The notes under the pieces are model-generated. The model ran no database searches and was not told where the DNA came from. It worked only from the letters and a program-made list of their open reading frames with translations. Position numbers and translations under genes: made by a program. A DNA stretch of 63,580 bases, the filler included, from Thraustochytrium aureum (lineage: Eukaryota), in assembly GCA_012862495.1 (NCBI GenBank). It is 5 parts of 3 records of this genome, joined end to end, with 100 filler letters (N's around TTAATTAATTAA, not from the genome) between each part and the next. Parts side by side here need not be neighbours in the genome. Positions count along the whole stretch, not along the records: positions 38,047 to 58,763 come from BLSG01000242.1; positions 58,864 to 60,062 come from BLSG01000243.1; positions 60,163 to 63,580 come from BLSG01000245.1; 2 more parts are not named here. One strand, 5' to 3'. Shown here one piece after another: positions 51,916 through 60,164 of the stretch. How positions within the stretch are numbered: position 1 is the stretch's first letter; each line of letters begins with the position of its first letter.

Positions 51916-53850
51916 ATGGGAAACGCACAGAAAAAGCTCAAGCGCGGCCCCGGAGCCAGAGAGGGCTCGAAGAAGAACCGCAACGACAACAAACAGTCCC
52001 TCGCCTCGCAGCACAGCGACGCAATGACGGAAGAAAACGTCGAGGTCCTCCTGAAGAAGGGCCCCATCACAGACTACTACGAGGTCGACTACGAGGTGGT
52101 GTTGGGCCGTGGCCACTACGCGACAGTCAACCTCGGCAAGGACAAGCGCACTGGTCTCCAGGTAGCGATCAAGCGCATCCAGATATCAAAGTCGCGCGTG
52201 GAGGCCCTCAAGCGCGAAGTTGAGGTGCTCCGCAAAGTGGGCCGCCACCCCAACATCGTCACGCTGTACGACATTTTCATTACCGACACGGAGCTCATCC
52301 TCGTGCTCGAGCTCCTGCTGGGCGGCGAGCTCTTCGACCGAATGGTCGACAAAGGCCCTTACTCTGAGCGCGAGGCGAGCCACCACGTCCGCAAGATCGG
52401 CCAAGCCCTAAAGTTCCTGCATCGCGCCGGGATTGTGCACCGCGACCTGAAGCCGGAGAACCTCATCCTGGCCCACAAGGGAGACAACAGCGAGCTCAAG
52501 ATCGCGGACTTTGGGCTGGCAAACATCGTCGACAACACGGAAAACGCCACCATGAAAACTGTGTGCGGGACTTGGGCATACTGCGCCCCAGAGGTCAAGA
52601 CGACGATGACCGAGGAGGGCGGGCCGGCGTGCTACACCGCCAAGGTCGACTTGTGGAGCGTTGGCGTGATCCTATTCGTCATTCTTGGGGCCTACCATCC
52701 GTTTGACGCGGATGGCGACGCCTCGGACGCGCAGCTGTGGAGCAACATCTGCAGCGGCCAGTTTGACTTTGAAGACCCTGCATGGGACCACATCTCTGCA
52801 GGCGCCAAGGACCTCATCCGCAAGCTTATCGTGGTCAACCCCGAGGAGCGGTACGGCACGGACGAGCTGCTTGCCCACCCGTGGATCCGGCAGGCGGCCT
52901 CGGTCCCGGCGACGCCGATCACGCCCAACATCAACAAGTCTCTGATCGACTACAACGACAAGCGCAAGTCGCGCAACTCGTTTATTGGCAAAGTGAAGCG
53001 CATGAACCCGCTGGGTGGCGGCAACCACCACCACCAGAACCACCAGAACAACTACGGCGCCTCCAACAGGAGCTCGAGCCCGACCTCGGTGGGCTCGAGC
53101 GAGGGCACCCAGGTGCCAGGCCTCGGCACGCAGCAGATTACAGAGCAAGACGTGCTCGAACAGCGGCGCATCCTCGAGGAGCAGATGCACGCGGAGGCCA
53201 AGCAGCGCCTCCAGCAGGTGCACTACGAGCAACAGCAGCAGCTAAAGCAGCGCCAACAGCAGCAGCACCAAGTGCTCATCCAACAACAACAGCAGCACCA
53301 GCAGGCCCAGCTCACCCACATGCGAGAGCAAGGCTTTGAGGCCACGTATCAAGACCAGATGCTTGCGCAGCTGCAGCACCAGTACCACGACCAGCAAGCG
53401 CAGCTACAGCAGCAATTTCAACAGGAGCAGCACCAGCTGCTGGCCCAGCAGCAGCGAGAGCAGCACTTGCTCGTTACGAGGCAGGTTGAGCAGGCGCCCG
53501 CGAACGACGCGCAGGAGCACCAGCACCAGCGCCGCGAGGAGGCGCCCCGCGCCTCTGTCAGGTTCGCGGACTCGGACGCGCATAGCGGGTCTTCCTCGCA
53601 AACAGAACTTGAGGAGACGCCCGCGGCGCCAGGAGGCGCGACCGAATCGGCGATGGAGAGTCGAGCGGGCGGGCGAGCGCCTTCCGCAAGCGCGATGGAG
53701 GACGCAGACGACTGCGACACCGACATGCCGCCGCCACTGCCTCAACTAACTCTCAACACGCTCCTTCCAAGAGGGGACGAGGAGCGCGACGCGGGCGGGC
53801 CTGGCTCAGGGGCGGGCGGCATGATGGAGGTGGATGGTTCGTCGATGTAA
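51916..53850 (+). CDS. CaMK-group Ser/Thr protein kinase with N-terminal MG + basic motif and Gln-rich tail
   Basis: Motifs: LGRGHYATV, VAIK, HPNIV, GGELFDR, HRDLKPEN, KIADFGLA, TVCGTWAYCAPE and DLWSVGVI. A poly-Q C-terminus follows. Confidence 0.96.
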   Translation: MGNAQKKLKRGPGAREGSKKNRNDNKQSLASQHSDAMTEENVEVLLKKGPITDYYEVDYEVVLGRGHYATVNLGKDKRTGLQVAIKRIQISKSRVEALKREVEVLRKVGRHPNIVTLYDIFITDTELILVLELLLGGELFDRMVDKGPYSEREASHHVRKIGQALKFLHRAGIVHRDLKPENLILAHKGDNSELKIADFGLANIVDNTENATMKTVCGTWAYCAPEVKTTMTEEGGPACYTAKVDLWSVGVILFVILGAYHPFDADGDASDAQLWSNICSGQFDFEDPAWDHISAGAKDLIRKLIVVNPEERYGTDELLAHPWIRQAASVPATPITPNINKSLIDYNDKRKSRNSFIGKVKRMNPLGGGNHHHQNHQNNYGASNRSSSPTSVGSSEGTQVPGLGTQQITEQDVLEQRRILEEQMHAEAKQRLQQVHYEQQQQLKQRQQQQHQVLIQQQQQHQQAQLTHMREQGFEATYQDQMLAQLQHQYHDQQAQLQQQFQQEQHQLLAQQQREQHLLVTRQVEQAPANDAQEHQHQRREEAPRASVRFADSDAHSGSSSQTELEETPAAPGGATESAMESRAGGRAPSASAMEDADDCDTDMPPPLPQLTLNTLLPRGDEERDAGGPGSGAGGMMEVDGSSM

Positions 53851-54883
53851 TAGACTAGGAAGGCAGCGTTCTGCTGNNNNNNNNNNNNNNNNNNNNNNNN
53901 NNNNNNNNNNNNNNNNNNNNNNNNNNNNNNNNNNNNNNNNNNNNNNNNNNNNNNNNNNNNNNNNNNNNNNNNNNNNNNNNNNNNNNNNNNNNNNNNNNNN
54001 NNNNNNNNNNNNNNNNNNNNNNNNNNNNNNNNNNNNNNNNNNNNNNNNNNNNNNNNNNNNNNNNNNNNNNNNNNNNNNNNNNNNNNNNNNNNNNNNNNNN
54101 NNNNNNNNNNNNNNNNNNNNNNNNNNNNNNNNNNNNNNNNNNNNNNNNNNNNNNNNNNNNNNNNNNNNNNNNNNNNNNNNNNNNNNNNNNNNNNNNNNNN
54201 NNNNNNNNNNNNNNNNNNNNNNNNNNNNNNNNNNNNNNNNNNNNNNNNNNNNNNNNNNNNNNNNNNNNNNNNNNNNNNNNNNNNNNNNNNNNNNNNNNNN
54301 NNNNNNNNNNNNNNNNNNNNNNNNNNNNNNNNNNNNNNNNNNNNNNNNNNNNNNNNNNNNNNNNNNNNNNNNNNNNNNNNNNNNNNNNNNNNNNNNNNNN
54401 NNNNNNNNNNNNNNNNNNNNNNNNNNNNNNNNNNNNNNNNNNNNNNNNNNNNNNNNNNNNNNNNNNNNNNNNNNNNNNNNNNNNNNNNNNNNNNNNNNNN
54501 NNNNNNNNNNNNNNNNNNNNNNNNNNNNNNNNNNNNNNNNNNNNNNNNNNNNNNNNNNNNNNNNNNNNNNNNNNNNNNGGCGGCGCGGCTCGGTGCTGCT
54601 TTCGCGGGGGCGCGGCTTGGGTTTGGTTTGGGTCGTGGTCGTGGTCGTGGCTTGCTTGGCGAGATGCGCCAGGAGTTGACTCGGGCGCGGTGAACTCAAA
54701 CCTGTCCTGTCCTGCGTTGCATCTGCCTGCTTGCGTGCTAGGTTTGGTGGGCGTTGCGCGAGTTGAGGTGAGGAAGGAATTCGTTCGGTTGGCTGGCCTG
54801 ACGCGGGTGCTGCGCAGAGAGCAGAGCGCAACGGGCTGCGTGCTTTGAGGCCCGGCGACGGCCTGCCAGGGCGGCGGGCCGCG

Positions 54884-55840
54884 ATGACGCTCTGCAAGAA
54901 GGAGAGTCTGGTCGTGGAGGTGGGGTTTCTCAGCTTGTTGCAAGGGTTTGCCTCGTTCGTGCTCATGATTGTGGGCGCCGTTGTGGCGAGCGATGAGCTG
55001 GTCCGCGTGGGGATCGGGGCGCAGCCCGGGAATAGCGGCGGCGTCGTCGCGTTCTTGGCGGCCGGCGGCCTGGTCACAGCGTACACGGGCCGGTACGGAG
55101 CTCGGGTGCACAACAAGTTTTGCTTGCTGTTCTACATCGTCGCGCAGGTCTCGACCGCGCTGCTCCAGCTCGCGTTGCTATCGAGCGCCGTCAGCGCTGG
55201 CGTCTCGGACGTGCCAGAAGCGGACCAGCTCTACTGCGCCTCCAAGGGATTCAAGGCCAACTGCACCGAGTTTCTCATGAGCGACGCGCGGCAAAGTCTC
55301 AGGGCCGCTTGGCGCCTCGTGCACAGCCGCGCGCAAGACCAATCTGGGCAGTTCTACGTTAAGCTTATGGAGGAGGTGCAAACAGCGGGGTCGTGCTGTG
55401 GGTTTGATCCGCCGTACTCTTGCCCGACCGGCGCGGCTGCCAGCGACCTCGTTACCGCGGAAGGCGAGCCGCTGCACGAGTGCGGCCCTGAGCCGTGGTG
55501 GTTCTCGAAGAGCGAGAACTGCGACTTGGTGGTTGAACTCCGCAACGGAACGATATACCACCCGGGCTGCCCCTATTCCTACCCTGGAGGGAGGTGTGTT
55601 GTATTCGACTACTCGCAAGGGTGCATTCACCAGCTGCATGTTTTCCTTTTCAGCCGGTATGAGCTCAAGTTTCGCGTGGGGCGCGTGCTTGCTTGGGTGA
55701 GCATTGTGTCGAGCGCGTTCGCGTTCTTCCTCCTCTTCAAGCGCAAGCGGCACGACGTGCTGCCCACCTCGTACGTGAAACAGCTGCAGGCCAAGGCAGC
55801 AAAGGAGGCGACGGCCTTAGGCGTCGCTCCAGCGCCCTGA
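54884..55840 (+). CDS. Tetraspanin-like four-TM protein
   Basis: Three N-terminal hydrophobic segments, a large Cys-rich loop containing the CCG motif (GSCCGFD...GCIHQL), a fourth TM segment and a basic tail. Confidence 0.75.
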   Translation: MTLCKKESLVVEVGFLSLLQGFASFVLMIVGAVVASDELVRVGIGAQPGNSGGVVAFLAAGGLVTAYTGRYGARVHNKFCLLFYIVAQVSTALLQLALLSSAVSAGVSDVPEADQLYCASKGFKANCTEFLMSDARQSLRAAWRLVHSRAQDQSGQFYVKLMEEVQTAGSCCGFDPPYSCPTGAAASDLVTAEGEPLHECGPEPWWFSKSENCDLVVELRNGTIYHPGCPYSYPGGRCVVFDYSQGCIHQLHVFLFSRYELKFRVGRVLAWVSIVSSAFAFFLLFKRKRHDVLPTSYVKQLQAKAAKEATALGVAPAP

Positions 55841-55890
55841 CCTGCAGCATACGTGGAATGAAAGTCGCGGACAACGAAACCCGAGGCCGA

Positions 55891-56023
55891 TCACGGGCTG
55901 CGATCCCAGCAGCGAGGCTCGCTCGCGCAGGGCATTAGCACGTTCGCGCAGGGCATTAGCACGTTCGCGCAGGGCATCAGCACGTTCACGGGCTGCGAGC
56001 CCAGCAGCGAGGCACGCTCGCGC
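55891..56023. repeat. Nested repeat: 21-bp unit x3 (TCGCGCAGGGCATTAGCACGT) between two ~35-bp direct repeats
   Basis: The 21-mers start at 55923, 55944 and 55965. TCACGGGCTGCGA.CCCAGCAGCGAGGC occurs at 55891 and 55986. Confidence 0.9.
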
Positions 56024-56662
56024 GCGGGGGCCTTGGCCGGACGAAAAGCCCCAAGCTGCGCCCGCCCACGTCCAGCCATCGGCGGCGAAACCAGGCCATC
56101 CAGCACACTGAGATAGACGGGTCCGAAACCAACCAAGCATGTTTGCATGTCGCCGTCCTGCCTGCTGGCCTGGGCCTCGGTGAGCCGGACGCGTTCAACC
56201 AAGGTTGCAGGTACTCGTGTCGTAACGCCTTTCAAAGGCGAGGGACAGACCAATCAAAAACCAGCCGGACGCGCAGCCACTCAAGCCAGGCAAGCCATCG
56301 CAGGCGGCACTCGGCGNNNNNNNNNNNNNNNNNNNNNNNNNNNNNNNNNNNNNNNNNNNNNNNNNNNNNNNNNNNNNNNNNNNNNNNNNNNNNNNNNNNN
56401 NNNNNNNNNNNNNNNNNNNNNNNNNNNNNNNNNNNNNNNNNNNNNNNNNNNNNNNNNNNNNNNNNNNNNNNNNNNNNNNNNNNNNNNNNNNNNNNNNNNN
56501 NNNNNNNNNNNNNNNNNNNNNNNNNNNNNNNNNNNNNNNNNNNNNNNNNNNNNNNNNNNNNNNNNNNNNNNNNNNNNNNNNNNNNNNNNNNNNNNNNNNN
56601 NNNNNNNNNNNNNNNNNNNNNNNNNNNNNNNNNNNNNNNNNNNNNNNNNNNNNNNNNNNNNN

Positions 56663-58084
56663 ATGATGAGGCGCAGCGAGCTGGACAAGGCGCGAGAGGA
56701 CTTTCTCAAAGGGCCGAACGGGGCGCACAGGGTCAGAATCAGCGTGCGGCGGTCTCTGAACGAACCCCGCGGTCCGCTTGGGGCTGCGGCAGCAGCCCTC
56801 GGCAACCTCTGGTCGCGCGCTCGGGGACGGGCTGCAACCGTAGGTTCGGGCGACCCGCTGTATCCAGACGGCTTTGAAGAGGTCGCAGTGCTGGACGGCG
56901 TCGAGATCGTCCAGAGTGGGGCGGCCCTCGCTCGGCCCAGATATTTGCTGCACTTGAACGCGAACGGGGTCTGCTACGAGGAGCTGTTCCCCCTCGCGTT
57001 CGGAATGCAGCGCAACCTGAAGGCGCGCGGCGTGGCTTGCCACGTCCTCTTGGTCAACTACCGCGGCGTCGGGTGCGGCATCGGCGAGTCTTTCGGCGCG
57101 GCCTCGCTCGTGCAGGACGCGCGGGCCGCTGTGGACTGGCTCGTCCGCGAGCGCGGGGTGCGGCCAAACGATATAATTGTTCACGGTCACTCGATCGGCG
57201 GCGCCGCTGCGGTGCTCATGGCCGCAGCGATGCAATCCGAGCTGGCGCAGACGGACCAAAGGGCGCCGTTCGTGGTGGCAGATCGCACGTTTCACAGCTT
57301 GCGCGGGGTCGTGGCGGACAAGTTTGACGCAGGGTTTGACCTCGGCCCGATCGGGGCGCTCATCTTCCTCAACTTTAGCGTCGTCGTCTTCGGCACGCTG
57401 CTCCTGGGGATGAGCGTTTCGCTCAACCCCGTTTACGGACTCGCGACTCTCACCGCCGTGTTGGCCGGCGTCGCCGCGCTTCGCCTCGGCGATCGAATGG
57501 GTGCACCGGCTGGCCAATGCCGGACGCCCTGCGCGCGTCCCCGCTCGGCCACTCCCACCCGCAGCTCGTGCACCTGTTGGGGCGCACGTTGCGCTTCGCG
57601 ACTGCCGGCTTTGCCGTGCTTTTCTCTGCCGACCGAATTGGGACCGTCGGACTGGCCACAACGCTGCTGTGCCTCGTCGGCTTCGTGCTCGCGTCCGTTG
57701 GGCTCATTGACGCGCTAGCGCTCAGTCTGGTCGACCTGCTCGGCTGGCGTATGGAGCTTGCCGAGGCCTGGCGCACGCTCGCCGCGGATCGCAAGGTGGC
57801 GACCTGTCACCCGGCTGACGAGATGGATCCCCGAGCTCGTGTCGCTCGCGCGGCACTGCGTCGGGCCCGAGCAGGCCCGCGCGGTCATGCTCACAGCCCT
57901 CCTCGCCTCGCCGCACATGTCGCCTCTGCTGCAGGACGTCGACGCTTCGCGTCGCGTTTTCGACATGATACTAGCCTCCACCGGCGAGCCGCTCGGCTCG
58001 GCTTCGCCCGGCCACTCTGCTTCTCCGGCCGTTCGCCGCGCAGCCGCATACGCCGCTTCCGTCCCGTCCGCCGTGGCCCCGTGA
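56663..58084 (+). CDS. Alpha/beta hydrolase (ABHD12/13/17-like) with an internal multi-TM insert; 1-nt frameshifts at ~57500 and ~57825; 5' end may be in gap
   Basis: Motifs: HLNANGVCYE, LVNYRGVG, IIVHGHSIGG (nucleophile elbow) and VVADRTF. The restored C-terminus has HPADEMIP...LASPHMSPL, the candidate Asp and His. Confidence 0.8.
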
Positions 58085-58652
58085 GCCGTCACCAAACCAG
58101 GCTGCCTGGCCGTCTGGCTGGCTCCGGCATGGACGATCTTCATCTTTCTTGTTCTTTACCTTGTCGACGATACCGGTAATAATCGATTGATTGATCGTCG
58201 AAACGCACGCACACTGCCATGGCCTCCAGGTGCACACCGTCGGCAGCGTAAAGCCAGAGAAGCGCCGCAAGATTCCACGATGGCGACTCGCATGCCCAGC
58301 AAGAGCCAGCACGGCGAGAGGATCCACTCACGCGGCCTCCGGAGGAAGGACCTCTCGGTGGGTAGTAGGCAGGCCCGCCACTCCCTCCGAGTCCCCTGCG
58401 GCTGGCGAGAGCGGCGAAGCTGGAGCGGGATGGCCGCGGCCGGGAAGAAGGTGGGCACCGACCAGGAGCTGGCAGGTTGGGAGTAAGTACATCGTGGACC
58501 CGCGGAGGAGCAGGGCCCCTCTGCCTGGAGCCATGGACTATCGCTTGCTTGGACGACGGTTTTCTTAGCAAGAGGCGTCGTTCTGGTTTTTTGGGCGCCG
58601 TTTTTGGGCTTTGTGCCTGGGTTTTGATAGGGTTTTTTCAAGTTGCTTGCCA

Positions 58653-58718
58653 TTTGGTCGCTTTTTGGTCGCTTTTTGGTTGCGTTTTTGGTTGTTTTGG
58701 TCGCTTTTTGGTCGCTTT
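58653..58718. repeat. Degenerate ~11-bp T-rich tandem repeat (TTTTTGGTCGC)n near a scaffold end
   Basis: About six copies are visible within a wider T/G-rich tract, 58560-58750. Confidence 0.8.
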
Positions 58719-58763
58719 GAGCCAACTTTTTGCCTCGCTTTTGTTGGGTGGCTGCATGCGCCT

Positions 58764-58863
58764 NNNNNNNNNNNNNNNNNNNNNNNNNNNNNNNNNNNNN
58801 NNNNNNNTTAATTAATTAANNNNNNNNNNNNNNNNNNNNNNNNNNNNNNNNNNNNNNNNNNNN
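58764..58863. other. Artificial scaffold-joining spacer N44-TTAATTAATTAA-N44
   Basis: Identical to the spacer at 7100. Confidence 0.97.
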
Positions 58864-58967
58864 GCTGCTGGTTGCGCCAAGCGTTCGTTGCGGGCTGCGC
58901 CGAGGGGCTGCTGGTCACCTGACGGGTGCCTGCGGAAAGGCCGCTCTTCTCCAGCTCTAGTAGAGAG

Positions 58968-59969
58968 CTAGCTGGAGGAGGAAGAGCTCGGAGGCTGAGG
59001 TGGTGCCCCCGCTTGGCACCCGCGCGTATGTACGCGCACGTCTTTCTTGCTGCCGAAAGCCCGGCCGCACTTCTTGCAGGTGAACGGGTGGAGCTCCTCA
59101 AAGGTCGGCACTGCACGCTGCTTGACAACGCGACTCGGCGAGGGGCTCCTCTCCGCCTCGCGCTTCCGCGAGGCGGCCGGGCCTGACAGCACTGTCTCTC
59201 CAGCCCCGATGAGGTCGCGGAGCGCGAGGATGAGGCACGCAGCCGTGACGAGGTCGCGGTTCTGAATCTGCTCTTTCGCAGACCGAAAGTCAGCAAAGTA
59301 GCTCTTGGCCATCTCGATCACCTTGGGGTGGAGCTGCATGCTCTCCCCAACCTCTTCGAGGATCATAAAGACCTCCTTCTTCTGCTTGTCCTTGTACCCG
59401 ATGCGCGTTGTGCGCACATCCACGCCAAACTGCATGTTGCTGAGGTTCATCTCGACCTTCTCCTGCACGTTTTTCAGGTCAACGAGCTCCTTCTTCGTCA
59501 CCTTGGCAGCCGCTCCTCGCCCGCTGCCAGAGGTGATCGCTGTGCGAAGGTTATGTCCGCTCGAGAAGCGCGAGTCGGGCGTGGGCCCGTGCTGGGAGGG
59601 GTTGTCGTCGCCAGAGAACTGGCGGCTCCACTCGCCGTCGTGCATCTTGCGGTCTTCCACGACGGTGCCGCAGCGCTTGCAGGTCACGGAGGCGCGCTTG
59701 GCGTCCTCGAGAAAGTCGCCCTGGTCTTTGTTCTTGCAGTAGTTGCAGCGGTAGTGGGTGGCGATGAGCCGGGCATTTTCGGCGCGCTTGGCCTTCTGGA
59801 GCCGCTCCTGGGTCTGCTTGACGATGCTCGGCATCACGCGCTCTACTTGCGCTATCGTTCTTGTTGGCGAGACCCGCTCCAGGATGGTGGCCTCCAAGTC
59901 CGCTGCGTTTGTGGTTGTCTCGCCGGCGCTGCTCGCGCCAGCTTCTCCGTCATACTCTTCTTTTATCAT
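58968..59969 (-). CDS. TFIIB-related protein: zinc ribbon, one cyclin-fold repeat and a C-terminal C2HC zinc finger
   Basis: Zinc ribbon CNYC...VTCKRCGTVVEDR, reader-like GEWSRQFSGDDNPSQHG, core repeat LEEVGESMQLHPKVIEMAK...LVTAACLILALR, then FTCKKCGRAFGSKKDVRVHTRGC. Confidence 0.85.
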   Translation of the reverse strand: MIKEEYDGEAGASSAGETTTNAADLEATILERVSPTRTIAQVERVMPSIVKQTQERLQKAKRAENARLIATHYRCNYCKNKDQGDFLEDAKRASVTCKRCGTVVEDRKMHDGEWSRQFSGDDNPSQHGPTPDSRFSSGHNLRTAITSGSGRGAAAKVTKKELVDLKNVQEKVEMNLSNMQFGVDVRTTRIGYKDKQKKEVFMILEEVGESMQLHPKVIEMAKSYFADFRSAKEQIQNRDLVTAACLILALRDLIGAGETVLSGPAASRKREAERSPSPSRVVKQRAVPTFEELHPFTCKKCGRAFGSKKDVRVHTRGCQAGAPPQPPSSSSSS

Positions 59970-60062
59970 GGCACCGCTTCGCCGCGCTGCCAGCCGCCCG
60001 AGCCTAGCTCGCGCGCAGGAAAGCCCGGCCTGTCGCCCTTCCGCGCAAGCACAGGGCGCCGC

Positions 60063-60162
60063 NNNNNNNNNNNNNNNNNNNNNNNNNNNNNNNNNNNNNN
60101 NNNNNNTTAATTAATTAANNNNNNNNNNNNNNNNNNNNNNNNNNNNNNNNNNNNNNNNNNNN
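60063..60162. other. Artificial scaffold-joining spacer N44-TTAATTAATTAA-N44
   Basis: Identical to the spacer at 7100. Confidence 0.97.
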
Positions 60163-60164
60163 CG

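Noticed and set aside
58653..58718. True telomere
   Set aside because: The unit is not a TTAGGG/TTTAGGG-type repeat, it is degenerate, and non-repeat sequence follows it.
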